Below, piece after piece: positions 19,518-28,833 of a stretch of 64,000 bases of DNA. Position 1 is the stretch's first letter. Every line of letters begins with the position of its first letter. The notes below the pieces were generated by a model, which was not told the origin of the DNA, searched no databases, and saw nothing but the letters and a program-made list of their open reading frames with translations. A program made the position numbers and the translations under genes. The stretch comes from Chthonomonas calidirosea (GTDB lineage Bacteria > Armatimonadota > Fimbriimonadia > Fimbriimonadales > Fimbriimonadaceae): assembly GCA_945859975.1 (NCBI GenBank), contig CAMAPH010000003.1, positions 90,871-154,870 of the forward strand, given 5' to 3'.

Positions 19518-20924
19518 TCAGGCGAACTGGAATTCGGGAGTAGCGAACAGAAGTCGAGAAACCGATGAGCCGACCTTCTGCGCCATCACGCGGTTCATCG
19601 GACCGGTCATTTCTTTTTCGGCATTTGCAACCAAGATCTTTCGACGATCTGGATTCAGCTTCGCGTCGAAGAGGGAGGCAAGGCGATCCACGACTTCAGA
19701 CGGCGTTGTTGCACCGTTGAAGAGGGCTTCGTATGGATACCCATTCCCAATTCGTCGACCTTTGCCCGTGCCGAAGAGCGCCGCAGACCAGCCCATCCGC
19801 TCCACCATCGTCGCCGAAGAAATCCAACCTTCGCCGCCTTCCCAACCCGCGACGTCCGGCGGATAGAGCAGTTGCATTCCCATGTTTTTCATCGTTGTTC
19901 CTGCTCCATAAGCTGGGAGGAGTGCAATTCGTTTGTCCAAGCCTCGGCTCGTGGATTCACGCATGATCGGCCCGAACCCGAGTTGCCGCAAGGTCGGAAC
20001 GACAAAGTCAACGGGTGTCTTCACAACCGCACGCTCCGCCTTGTCCGAGTAGAACTCGCTCGAACGCATGATCGCCTTCAGCGTGGTCTTGATGTCGAGG
20101 TTCGAATCACGGAAAACCTTTGCGATTCGGGCCACGAACTTGGGCTCGGGCTCGGGATAGACAAACCAAGCGAGGAGCTTTTCCGTGATGTACTCCGCGG
20201 TTCGAGGCATTTCGCAAAGATGATTTAAAACGTCTTCACCGGTAAGCGGGCCGGACTTGCCGAGGACGACTTTCATTCCCGTGTCGTGTAATCGCGGACG
20301 GAAGAGGAATTCCCCCTTTGGTGGTTGACCGTCATCCACGTTTCGGCGAGATCTCATGACCGACCAACCCGTAAATGCCCTTGCAGCCTCTTGTACGTCT
20401 TTTTCCGAGTAGTTTCCGACCCCGAGGGTGAAAAGCTCCATGACTTCTCGCGCGAAGTTCTCGTTGGGCTTTCCACGGACGTTCTCCTGATTGTCGAGCC
20501 AAAACAGCATCGCAGGGTCTTTGCTCATGTTGGTGAGCAAAGAGCGGTAGTTCCCCGTGGCGTACTGCCGAAGGGTCTCATTCTGCTGCAGCATGAACTC
20601 GGAGGCTTTAACCTTGCTCGCGCTCGTGGCGAAATGGTCGTGCCAAAACAAGGTCATTTTCTCTTGCAACGGACGGCGCGTCGCGATCATGCGAGCAATC
20701 CACCAGGCCGTGAGAATCGGCATCGGGAGGTTTTTTGCCTTTTCCGGCTGCAAGTCGTACGGGTTGATGTTGAACCCTTCGTCAACCGATTCGTACTCGG
20801 TCAGGCGGTCAACGGCTCCGTTGAGACCATCCTTCAAGTAATAGTCCAGTTCGGCCTCGCTTGCGCCAAGGCCAAACCTCCGTAGCAAGTGGGCTCCCTT
20901 TTCTCGATCGGTCTGAAGCGGCAT
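19518..20924 (-). CDS. DUF1800 family protein
   Basis: HLLRRFGLG, EKMTLFWHDHFATS, PNENFAREVMELFTLG, ARAFTGW, PPDVAGW, PEFQ. Confidence 0.92.
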   Translation of the reverse strand: MPLQTDREKGAHLLRRFGLGASEAELDYYLKDGLNGAVDRLTEYESVDEGFNINPYDLQPEKAKNLPMPILTAWWIARMIATRRPLQEKMTLFWHDHFATSASKVKASEFMLQQNETLRQYATGNYRSLLTNMSKDPAMLFWLDNQENVRGKPNENFAREVMELFTLGVGNYSEKDVQEAARAFTGWSVMRSRRNVDDGQPPKGEFLFRPRLHDTGMKVVLGKSGPLTGEDVLNHLCEMPRTAEYITEKLLAWFVYPEPEPKFVARIAKVFRDSNLDIKTTLKAIMRSSEFYSDKAERAVVKTPVDFVVPTLRQLGFGPIMRESTSRGLDKRIALLPAYGAGTTMKNMGMQLLYPPDVAGWEGGEGWISSATMVERMGWSAALFGTGKGRRIGNGYPYEALFNGATTPSEVVDRLASLFDAKLNPDRRKILVANAEKEMTGPMNRVMAQKVGSSVSRLLFATPEFQFA

Positions 20925-20972
20925 GAAAGCTAATGACGGTCAAACGCAGGTGAGGTTCACCGAGAAGACACG

Positions 20973-21003
20973 AAAAAGGTCAGCCGATTGTTCCGGCTGA
21001 CCT
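20973..21003 (-). terminator. intrinsic terminator of the 65-aa gene
   Basis: ggtcagccg/cggctgacc stem followed by T-run on the minus strand. Confidence 0.75.
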
Positions 21004-21036
21004 ATGGAAGCGGTTTGAAGAGCGAAGCGAACTCGC

Positions 21037-21234
21037 TTACTGAATCTCTTCGCCTTCGAAAGCGGTGTAATCCTTTTCGGAGCACAGCTTGTACAACGGG
21101 GTGCCGTTCTCTTCGGCAACGAACTGGTAGCGCACCTGCTCAGCAGACTTGGTCTTGATGAACACTTTTCGCTTCTTGACTTTGCTGTCTTCTACCTCAA
21201 CGTGAGTACGGGTCTTAAGATTATAAAACTTCAT
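21037..21234 (-). CDS. small Lys-rich hypothetical protein (65 aa)
   Basis: GAGGGA RBS before ATG and its own terminator. Confidence 0.75.
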   Translation of the reverse strand: MKFYNLKTRTHVEVEDSKVKKRKVFIKTKSAEQVRYQFVAEENGTPLYKLCSEKDYTAFEGEEIQ

Positions 21235-21570
21235 CTATCCCTCGGGTGAACCAAACCAAACCTTTCATAGGTTCACTATAGTCGCTCACGATCATAACAC
21301 ACTCTTAGCTTCTCGGGAACACTTTTTTGACATTAACCCCGTGCTAAAAGTGTTTCCTGAAGATAAATCTACCTTCTAGCAAGATCATGAACCCGCATCT
21401 AACACTTTCATCACCATTCCGGGTAGTGTTAAGTACACCAAGTAAATTGTCGTCAATCACAATGACGCAACTTACGCCGCTTGCGCGGCAAGGGAAAAAA
21501 AGTCGCCTATTGGACCCAGTTCTTTCCAGGTTGGGATCATCCGTCCAAAGCAGGCGTCATAAAACTAATC

Positions 21571-22056
21571 ATGAGACAAAGAAGAAGTAAAGAAGCTAAG
21601 GTTGCCCCAGTGGCACCCGTCATGAACGAAGCACGGCTTTACGAGGAACATGCCCTCACAGAACTCAAGAACGCGGGCTACCGAATCACCATGCCACGAG
21701 TTCAGGTCATCCGAGCGCTTTCGGACTCGGAGATCGCTCTGAGCGCGTACGCAATTCACGAGAAGATCGTGACTACCGGTGGCAAGATTGACGTCGTCAG
21801 CGTTTATCGAATTCTGAGCACCCTCCAAGAAGTCGGACTAATTCACCACATCGGCATTGTTGACGGTTACTTCCCGGCTCGGACAACCAAGCCAGATGCA
21901 ACCGCAACCGAAGTTGTCGTTGATGTCGACACAGACAAGGTTCGAGAGCTCACCCTCCCGTCCGAAATCATCGCTGCCATCGACAAGCAGGCCAAGGCAC
22001 AGGGATTTGAAGCCCACTTGCTGAAGGTCGAAATCCGCGGCAAGTTTTCAAACTAA
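21571..22056 (+). CDS. Fur-family transcriptional regulator (atypical)
   Basis: LKNAGYRITMPR..VI, SAYAIH, SVYRILSTL.E.GLI winged helix; start ATG 21571 or 21622. Confidence 0.75.
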   Translation: MRQRRSKEAKVAPVAPVMNEARLYEEHALTELKNAGYRITMPRVQVIRALSDSEIALSAYAIHEKIVTTGGKIDVVSVYRILSTLQEVGLIHHIGIVDGYFPARTTKPDATATEVVVDVDTDKVRELTLPSEIIAAIDKQAKAQGFEAHLLKVEIRGKFSN

Positions 22057-22067
22057 AGCCCACGATT

Positions 22068-22105
22068 GAAAAAGCCCCGCTCACCTGGTGAGCGGGGCTT
22101 TTTTC
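22068..22105. terminator. bidirectional intrinsic terminator
   Basis: gaaaaagccccgctcacc-t-ggtgagcggggctttttc between convergent genes. Confidence 0.9.
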
Positions 22106-22122
22106 TGTCTGTTCGTCCTGGG

Positions 22123-23691
22123 TTAGAACGTGACCGTTGCTTCTACCTTTGTCGTGGCGCCGTCCGAGAATCGGCTGTAAGCAACCGAAGTGCTTTCGCC
22201 CGACTTCATCTTGCTCACGACTTCTACGATTTCGTTCGACGAACTGATGGCTCGGCTGCCGATCTTCGTGATCACGTCACCGGGCTTCATGCCAAGGGTG
22301 GCCGCAGGGCTTCCAGGGCTTACGCTGAGCACTACAGCGCCCTTCGTTCCCTCTGGCACACCGAACTGCTTTCGCATCTCGGCGGTCACATCCGCAACGC
22401 TTACGCCAAGCCGTGGCCGCGAGGAGTCGGGCGTGATCGGCTGGACTGGCTTTTCCTCTGGGATCATTTTGCGGAGCTCTTCTGGAATCTCCATCCCGAA
22501 CGGCGACTCAAGCTCGTCCGACTGCGGGCTGGTCATCTTAGGCGGTTCTGGTGCGGCTCCTAGCTTCACCTTAGCGCTTGCCGATTTTCCGTCACGAACG
22601 TACTTGACGTCCACTTCGGTGCCCGGAGCATAAACAAGCATCGAGTTGCGCAAATCAACCGAGGAATCGATCTTTCGGTCTCCGATCTGGACGATAATGT
22701 CGCCCGGTCGCAGACCAGCTTTTCCGGCTGGCGTGTCGGATGCGGTGAAGCCAGGCATGTCTCGGCCCGGATCAACCACTTTCGCGCCACCAGACAGTTT
22801 CATGTCCTTCTTCTCAAACTCTTTGAGAGACTCCATTCGGACGCCGAGATAAGCTCGGGTGACTTTGCCCTTCTCGAGCAGAATGTCTCCGATGAACTTG
22901 GCCTGATTGCTTGGAATCGCAAATCCGATGCCTGCCGATACTCCGCTTGGGCTGAAGATCGCGGTGTTCACCCCGACTACCTGACCATCGATGTTGATCA
23001 GCGGTCCACCCGAGTTGCCTCGGTTGATCGACGCATCCGTCTGAATCAAGTCGGCATAAACCTTGTCCTGAATGAACTGCTCGCTTCGGTGCAGCGCACT
23101 GACGTGCCCAACCGTGACGGTGTTTTCGAGACCAAACGGCGCGCCAAGCGCCATCGCGAACTGCCCGGGCCGAACTTTGCTTGAGTCAGCGAAGCTAAGC
23201 GTCGGCAAGTCCTTCGCCTCAATCTTTACCAGCGCAATGTCAGCGAAGGGAGCGCGAGTAACCGTGCCCTTAAACTCTCGTCCGTCCTTCAGTGAGACCG
23301 TGACCTTTGTTGCATCTCCAACGACGTGGTCGTTGGTCATGATGTAGCCATCAGCGCGGAAGATGAAGCCGGAACCTTCGCCTTGCGAAATCGGAACGCG
23401 TCGTCCGTCTTTCCCTTGGGCTCTTTCTTGGACCGCTTTAATGTCCACAATCGCCGCTCCGGCGTATTCCGCCAGGTTGGCAAATGAAGTGTCGAGGTTG
23501 CGAAGCTCCGCCATGCTTTCGGCAGAAGTTTCGGCGACAAGTCGAGGCGCGGCTATGGCCGGCTTTTCTTGCGCAATGACTTGAGGGAGCGCCTTGCCGC
23601 TAAAGACCGCCGCCATGCAGACGGCTCCCAAAGCAAACCCGGCTCCAATGGTGAGATACACCGACTTCGGTGTTCGAATGGATGGTTTCAT
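22123..23691 (-). CDS. DegP/HtrA serine protease with two PDZ domains
   Basis: GSGFI, TNDHV, DIALVKI, IQTDASINRGNSGGPL, two PDZ domains. Confidence 0.95.
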   Translation of the reverse strand: MKPSIRTPKSVYLTIGAGFALGAVCMAAVFSGKALPQVIAQEKPAIAAPRLVAETSAESMAELRNLDTSFANLAEYAGAAIVDIKAVQERAQGKDGRRVPISQGEGSGFIFRADGYIMTNDHVVGDATKVTVSLKDGREFKGTVTRAPFADIALVKIEAKDLPTLSFADSSKVRPGQFAMALGAPFGLENTVTVGHVSALHRSEQFIQDKVYADLIQTDASINRGNSGGPLINIDGQVVGVNTAIFSPSGVSAGIGFAIPSNQAKFIGDILLEKGKVTRAYLGVRMESLKEFEKKDMKLSGGAKVVDPGRDMPGFTASDTPAGKAGLRPGDIIVQIGDRKIDSSVDLRNSMLVYAPGTEVDVKYVRDGKSASAKVKLGAAPEPPKMTSPQSDELESPFGMEIPEELRKMIPEEKPVQPITPDSSRPRLGVSVADVTAEMRKQFGVPEGTKGAVVLSVSPGSPAATLGMKPGDVITKIGSRAISSSNEIVEVVSKMKSGESTSVAYSRFSDGATTKVEATVTF

Positions 23692-23705
23692 GATTCTGTT
23701 TCGAT

Positions 23706-24866
23706 TTAGGGTCCGGCGCAGATCACCGTGCCCGAGTGCGATTTAATCGCGGTTAGCACGGTTAACTGCATTGGCGAGAAGTAGGGTTCCCAGCCGGTTA
23801 AAACTAGGTCCTGTGCCGGGTCAATCGGCTGGAAACACCACCCTGCAGGCTGCAAAGTGCCGATTTCGCCCGAGCGAGTGAATGCACGAAGAAGGTCGCG
23901 ACGAATGTCGTTGCTCATCTCGGAGACCACCAAGAGGCGCACGTCTCCGACGGTGCCCGACGATCCCATCTCCATGCTCCGAATCTTCACATCATTGGAA
24001 CTCAGCCACTGGTAAACGGTTGCTTTCACAAGGCCATCCGTAATTCGGACGGCAAGCGCGCGCCACCGGTCGCTGGTGGTCAACTGCATGTCTTGGACCT
24101 TGAAGCCCATCGGTAAGTTAGGAGGAAGGATGGGTGCAAAACCTAGCTTGCGCTTGGCATCCGGGGCTTTGAGGCTCTGCGGCGGATCGTATGACAAGAC
24201 TCTCGCACCGCCGACTGGTTTCATCTCGAAGCGCTCAGGATCAATTTCCGACGGAAACTGGATCTCACGCGTATCGTAAATGATCCTTTTGCCACCTTCG
24301 AGCGAACTCGTTTCCATCCGTAGCGGGTAACCCGTTTTTCGGTCAACGTAGTACCGACGAGTGTCCATTCGATCGTCGTGCGGCGATGCCACGATGCAGT
24401 GCGTGTCCCGCCCCGCGATCTTGACACTTGTTCCGAACTTAAGGTCGTAATTTTTCCTCGCAAGTTTCCAACGAGCCTCAGCGTCGTCCTCCTGCAAATG
24501 GGGAGAGGCCTGATCGATCATCACGTTTTGGTCGGGCAAATACACCCGTAAGCGTTTGCCGTCGTCTACCGACTCGGTGCCTTGGCGTCGAAGCGGCTGA
24601 GTTACGACGTGGTGAACCTTTCCGTCCTTCGAGCGTTCAACCCGAACGGTTTGGTGCTGATCCTCGCCCGCAGGGTCGCGCTGGATGATCACGGCCGTGA
24701 CGTGCGACGAGAAACTGCGTCGCATGCTTTTCAGTAGCCAAGCGTCGGCGTCGTCGCCACAGGTAGGCACTCCGGGGCCAGCGGCAACCGCAATTGGAAC
24801 AAGGCTCCAAGCAACGATCGGAAGCGCAAAAGCGGCTCGTTTAGCGATTCGGGTCAGATTGAACAT
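23706..24866 (-). CDS. MucB/RseB-like periplasmic sigma-E regulatory protein
   Basis: signal peptide; LolA-like pattern (IAGRDTHCI, RRYYVDRKTGYPLR, F.P, LPMGF); lies between anti-sigma and degP. Confidence 0.65.
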   Translation of the reverse strand: MFNLTRIAKRAAFALPIVAWSLVPIAVAAGPGVPTCGDDADAWLLKSMRRSFSSHVTAVIIQRDPAGEDQHQTVRVERSKDGKVHHVVTQPLRRQGTESVDDGKRLRVYLPDQNVMIDQASPHLQEDDAEARWKLARKNYDLKFGTSVKIAGRDTHCIVASPHDDRMDTRRYYVDRKTGYPLRMETSSLEGGKRIIYDTREIQFPSEIDPERFEMKPVGGARVLSYDPPQSLKAPDAKRKLGFAPILPPNLPMGFKVQDMQLTTSDRWRALAVRITDGLVKATVYQWLSSNDVKIRSMEMGSSGTVGDVRLLVVSEMSNDIRRDLLRAFTRSGEIGTLQPAGWCFQPIDPAQDLVLTGWEPYFSPMQLTVLTAIKSHSGTVICAGP

Positions 24867-25314
24867 TGATCACCGGGATGCCCCCCATCGGGTCCGTGCC
24901 GACGGCATAGATCTGATCACGCTGAATGTCAAAAGCGATCGATCGATCCGGGGTCGTCTGCGTTACCGGGGCGGAGTCCGCCTTTAAGACGAATTGTAAG
25001 ACCAATAAGGTAGCAACCATCGAGCAGGCAGCGATTCCGGCAAACGTGAACGCTGGTCGGAATTGGAAGTTCCACTGTTTGCGCGGTGGTTCCACTTGGC
25101 GCATCACGTTCGCGATGAGGCGCTCTTCGAAGCATTCTGCTGGCTCTGGGGCGGCGCAGCGACCGAGCATTTGTTTGATGGTCGCGAGCGAGTCCATCTC
25201 TTCGCGGCACGATGCACAGTCAAAAACGTGAGCCCGAACGGCCGTATGTTCGTTGCCTGGTAGCTCCTTATCCAGATAGGCACTCAGCCTTGCTTGCACG
25301 GCTTTACAGTTCAT
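24841..25314 (-). CDS. zinc-binding (zf-HC2/ZAS) transmembrane anti-sigma factor
   Basis: MNC...LSAYLD.EL, HVFDCASC (HxxxCxxC), one TM helix; start ATG 25314. Confidence 0.88.
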   Translation of the reverse strand: MNCKAVQARLSAYLDKELPGNEHTAVRAHVFDCASCREEMDSLATIKQMLGRCAAPEPAECFEERLIANVMRQVEPPRKQWNFQFRPAFTFAGIAACSMVATLLVLQFVLKADSAPVTQTTPDRSIAFDIQRDQIYAVGTDPMGGIPVINVQSDPNR

Positions 25315-25900
25315 TTGCAAACCTTCCAAAGAAATCTGGGGAGTTCTTGAGTAAGTGATCCCGAAGTTGCTTTCTACCCCGATGGATGCGGGACCTCACG
25401 GTGCCAACGCTTGTTTTCATAATCTCGGCGACTTCTTCGTACGCCATGCCTTCTACGTCCGCAAGAATAACGGCCGTTCGAAAATCCTCGTTCATCGAGA
25501 GCAAAGCCTTCTGAACTGGCTCCGCCATCGAATCATTCATAAGCTCTCGGTCGGGCGACGACTCCTCGTCAGCAACGTCCCAAGTCGTCGTTCCTTCTGG
25601 TCCCGAGTTGTCCAGGCTCGTGGTTTTGAGCCGACCTTTTCGGCGAATCAGGTCGATGTGCGTGTTGCTGATGATGCGATACAGCCAGCTGGTAAATGGC
25701 AGGCGGTCATCGTATTTATCGAAGAATCGGAACGCACGAACGAACGATTCCTGAACCAAATCCTCGGCTTCCGACGGATTTCCGGTTAGGCGATACGCAA
25801 GGCCGTAAGCCTGCTTGTGGGTATCACGAATGAGCCCCTCGAACATTCGCGCTCGATCTTTCACAACCTCGGTCCTTTCTCTCAAAGCTGCAAACAGCAT
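25304..25900 (-). CDS. ECF RNA polymerase sigma factor (RpoE/SigW-like)
   Basis: AEDLVQE.F, FTSWLYRI, GMAYEEVAE, GTVRSRIHRGR. Confidence 0.95.
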   Translation of the reverse strand: MLFAALRERTEVVKDRARMFEGLIRDTHKQAYGLAYRLTGNPSEAEDLVQESFVRAFRFFDKYDDRLPFTSWLYRIISNTHIDLIRRKGRLKTTSLDNSGPEGTTTWDVADEESSPDRELMNDSMAEPVQKALLSMNEDFRTAVILADVEGMAYEEVAEIMKTSVGTVRSRIHRGRKQLRDHLLKNSPDFFGRFANEL

Positions 25901-25932
25901 CGCATTACACTCCCTGAATGAGTACCAAAGGT

Positions 25933-25961
25933 GTTACGCATGATACGCGTGGTTAGGTTCC
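25933..25961 (-). promoter_or_regulatory. putative ECF autoregulatory promoter GGAACC-N17-CGTAAC
   Basis: AAC -35 and CGT -10 ECF signature about 33 nt upstream of the sigma start. Confidence 0.55.
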
Positions 25962-26933
25962 CGTTCTTGGGCCCTTCTTAGGTCGCAGCAGGCGCGCGAA
26001 CAGGGCGTCCGTTACGATCGCCTCGTGGCCATTCTGTTTGAGCCTACGGTGACTCTCGATTATTGCCTGCGTCCATTCGCCTGGAACCCGGTGATCTTTG
26101 GACAGCAACGTGCCGAGTCTTTCCAGCGTTTCTGCCGCGGCATAACGCTCTTTTCCGGGGAAAGCGGGTTCAAGCCGTTCGGTCAGGTCGCGAAAGTCCT
26201 CTGCCACCGCCAAAGCCGACGTGTGATTCTTGGTTGGCAATACGCGCGCAAATTCAATCAGCTCTGAGTACCGGTCCCGATGCTCAAAAATTTCACGCAG
26301 CCGGCCCGGGGTGTTTTCGGCCAGCGCAAGCTCGGCGGGCGTGAAGTCACCCATCTGGCTCACGATCTCTTCGACGGTTGGTAACTCGCACATCACGGCA
26401 AGACAACGACTTAGAATCGTTGGAAGAACGCTGCCCGCGCTTGGAGTGGTCAAAATGAATCGGCCATGCGGCAGGGGCTCTTCGAGCGACTTCAACAGCG
26501 CGTTTGCCGCGCGGTGGTTCATCCGGTGAGCGTCCGTGATCGTCACCACTTTATGGCGAGACATGAGCGGCATCGAGCGGAGGAAGGTGTCGACGGCTAC
26601 CGGATCATCTTTGTCTGGATGCTCATCTTCCCGAATCTGTTTAATCAGAATCTGGTCCGAGCTTGCGCTAGGCGTGATCGACAGAACGTCGGGATTGTTT
26701 CCCCGCTCATAGGCTCGGCAAGCCCGATCGGGTTCGCTAGAGATCGGGTCGTTGGACAGCCAAGCTTTCATCAGAATGCGCACCAGTTCTGACTTCCCGC
26801 TACCGGGTGGGCCATAAAACAGAACGGCGTGTACGCCGAGGTCTCCTACCGCGAGCTTGGAGACAAACCGCTTGGCGCCAGCGAGCCCGACAAGTTTGTC
26901 GAGTTCAGAATCGATGGAATTGCTCAACGTCAA
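25953..26933 (-). CDS. holB: DNA polymerase III delta' subunit
   Basis: HAVLFYGPPGSGK, PDV, IKQIRE, AANALLKSLEEP, LPTILSRC. Confidence 0.85.
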   Translation of the reverse strand: MTLSNSIDSELDKLVGLAGAKRFVSKLAVGDLGVHAVLFYGPPGSGKSELVRILMKAWLSNDPISSEPDRACRAYERGNNPDVLSITPSASSDQILIKQIREDEHPDKDDPVAVDTFLRSMPLMSRHKVVTITDAHRMNHRAANALLKSLEEPLPHGRFILTTPSAGSVLPTILSRCLAVMCELPTVEEIVSQMGDFTPAELALAENTPGRLREIFEHRDRYSELIEFARVLPTKNHTSALAVAEDFRDLTERLEPAFPGKERYAAAETLERLGTLLSKDHRVPGEWTQAIIESHRRLKQNGHEAIVTDALFARLLRPKKGPRTGT

Positions 26934-27234
26934 TCACAAACATTACCGCTCCACCAACTGGGACCTTGACCGGGCTCGGAATGAAGCCGCCAGGAGTTGT
27001 GGCGTCAAAAGGCATCACGTTCACGAGCTGGTCTCGAGATTGGCAACTTTCCTTGAACAGTTTTTTGAGGGCGGGCAGATCGTTCTCTTCCGAGCCGATG
27101 AGCATCGTGGTGTTTCCTTCCCGAAGGAAACCGCCGGTCGAACCGATGATCGTGAATTTGAATCCAGCTTTGACCAATTCATCGGTCACGTGGCCCTTGT
27201 CTCGGTTGTGGACAATGCAAACGGCGAGTTTCAT
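26905..27234 (-). CDS. darA: cyclic-di-AMP receptor, PII-like (DarA/PstA/YaaQ family)
   Basis: STGGFLREGNTT, VGGAVMFV; adjacent to holB. Confidence 0.88.
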   Translation of the reverse strand: MKLAVCIVHNRDKGHVTDELVKAGFKFTIIGSTGGFLREGNTTMLIGSEENDLPALKKLFKESCQSRDQLVNVMPFDATTPGGFIPSPVKVPVGGAVMFVIDVEQFHRF

Positions 27235-27320
27235 TAAGCCTGATTATAAAGGAAGCGCCGAACCGCGTGGGTTGCGGATTCAAAAACGCATCACGAACTC
27301 AGACTCCGATCGCCAGACAC

Positions 27321-27353
27321 AAAAAAGCTCCGACGCATTTGCATCGGAGCTTT
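27321..27353 (-). terminator. intrinsic terminator of prepilin-lipoprotein module 1
   Basis: aaagctccga..tcggagcttt stem with T-run on the minus strand. Confidence 0.75.
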
Positions 27354-27358
27354 CAAGT

Positions 27359-27544
27359 TTATTCGCCCTGGCTCGTAGGCTTTTCGATGGTTTCGCCTCG
27401 CTGTTGAGCGAGAGCTTCTGCCTTCTTTTCTTGGTTCTTGTAGCTCGCCTCGGCGCCTTCGGCCGAGACGTCTCCCCCACCGGAACAACCGGCAAGGGAG
27501 AAGATCGCTAGACCAAGTGCCAGACACTTAGTCCAGTTGCTCAT
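27359..27544 (-). CDS. small lipoprotein (61 aa)
   Basis: lipobox LAGC; TGATG overlap with upstream prepilin-like stop. Confidence 0.8.
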   Translation of the reverse strand: MSNWTKCLALGLAIFSLAGCSGGGDVSAEGAEASYKNQEKKAEALAQQRGETIEKPTSQGE

Positions 27545-28494
27545 CAGTTCTGGAGGCCCCAGAACGGATAGTTAAGGTTGGTGGTCGGCGTTGGCTGACC
27601 GGAGATCGTGCCGCTCGAAATTCCGCACTGCTGCGAAGCGTTGAGGGTCACACCGTACTCGGCGGCGGTAGGCGTGTTGCCAAGGAATGCCTGTGGCTTG
27701 ATGCTCTTCGCGTGGCCGTCGGCGTATCCGACAACGATGCTCTCGGCGAAGACTCGGCTGGAGTCGATTCGACCGGTGTTGACGCAGCTAGCATCGGTGA
27801 CGAAGAAGTTCGCTGCCCAGAATTCTCGGATGGCGGCTGGGTAAACGGTCTGCTCAGATGCCGAGCTCTGATCGGCTCGGAGAACGACTGGCGCGTAGTT
27901 GATGAGCGGGTTGCTGAATTCGAACAACAGCATTGCGTCAGCAACGGCTGGAAGAGCGTTCTGGCTGCCACCGAAGATCGAGTTTCGAAGTCGGCCTGCA
28001 GCCGTGTTCGATCGTAGGTAGGTGTTGACCGCACCGGTGATACCGAGGTTAAGTGCGAAGCCACCCATGATCTGACCGTTGTCGCTCCACTGTCGAGGCG
28101 TACCAGCGTCAATCTTGGTTCGACCTGGGTGCTCGAAGAGGCCTACGTTCTTGGTGTAAGGCAACACCCACTTCTGCCAAGAGTAGTGGTTCATTCGGTA
28201 TGGGTACGGACCTGCACCCGAGCAGCCGTCGCCGTTCGAAGGCGTATAGCTAGCTGCATTGAGGGCTGGGTTGAGCGCGGATCGAGCGATACAATCGTCG
28301 TTTCGAGGATAGATATCGTCGTAGTCGCTGGTGTACAGGAACATGCTGGTCGAGATCTGCTTCTGGTTCGAGAGAGCAGCAGTCTTCTTTGCAGCAGCCT
28401 TAGCCTGTGCGAAAACTGGGAAAAGGATAGCTGCGAGAATCGCGATGATCGCGATAACTACGAGCAGCTCAATGAGGGTAAATGCCTTTTTCAT
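27544..28494 (-). CDS. prepilin-type N-terminal cleavage/methylation protein (DUF1559-like) 1
   Basis: [45 protein letters not shown]-terminal YADGHAK. Confidence 0.92.
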   Translation of the reverse strand: MKKAFTLIELLVVIAIIAILAAILFPVFAQAKAAAKKTAALSNQKQISTSMFLYTSDYDDIYPRNDDCIARSALNPALNAASYTPSNGDGCSGAGPYPYRMNHYSWQKWVLPYTKNVGLFEHPGRTKIDAGTPRQWSDNGQIMGGFALNLGITGAVNTYLRSNTAAGRLRNSIFGGSQNALPAVADAMLLFEFSNPLINYAPVVLRADQSSASEQTVYPAAIREFWAANFFVTDASCVNTGRIDSSRVFAESIVVGYADGHAKSIKPQAFLGNTPTAAEYGVTLNASQQCGISSGTISGQPTPTTNLNYPFWGLQN

Positions 28495-28631
28495 GAGTCT
28501 ATATTGGGATCCGAAACTACCGCTTCGCGACCTCACGAAAATTGTGAGTTGGAATTGTTAAGACTTTGTTAACGACATCCGAATAAATTCGCTGATTTTT
28601 GAAAGCTCATGAACTCCATTCGCCCAGATGG

Positions 28632-28665
28632 AAAACGGGTGCGGGTGACTTTGCCACCCGCACCC
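28632..28665 (-). terminator. intrinsic terminator of module 2
   Basis: gggtgcgggtg/cacccgcaccc stem, T-run on the minus strand. Confidence 0.75.
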
Positions 28666-28680
28666 AACCGAGACTTAGAC

Positions 28681-28833
28681 TCAGTACGCGTTCTTATCGT
28701 CGCCGGTTGCTTTTCGCTCTTTTTCGATCGCGGCTTGTGAGTCTTGCGCTTCCTTTTGGGTCGGTTCTCCGCAACCGCTCAGGAGAGCGGCGCAGACGAT
28801 TCCGAGCGCAAGAAAGATCGCAAGTCGACTCAC
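28681..28833 (-). CDS. small lipoprotein (50 aa), absent from ORF track
   Basis: hand translation [50 protein letters not shown]; lipobox LSGC; GTGA overlap with prepilin-like 2 stop. Confidence 0.8.
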   Translation of the reverse strand: MSRLAIFLALGIVCAALLSGCGEPTQKEAQDSQAAIEKERKATGDDKNAY

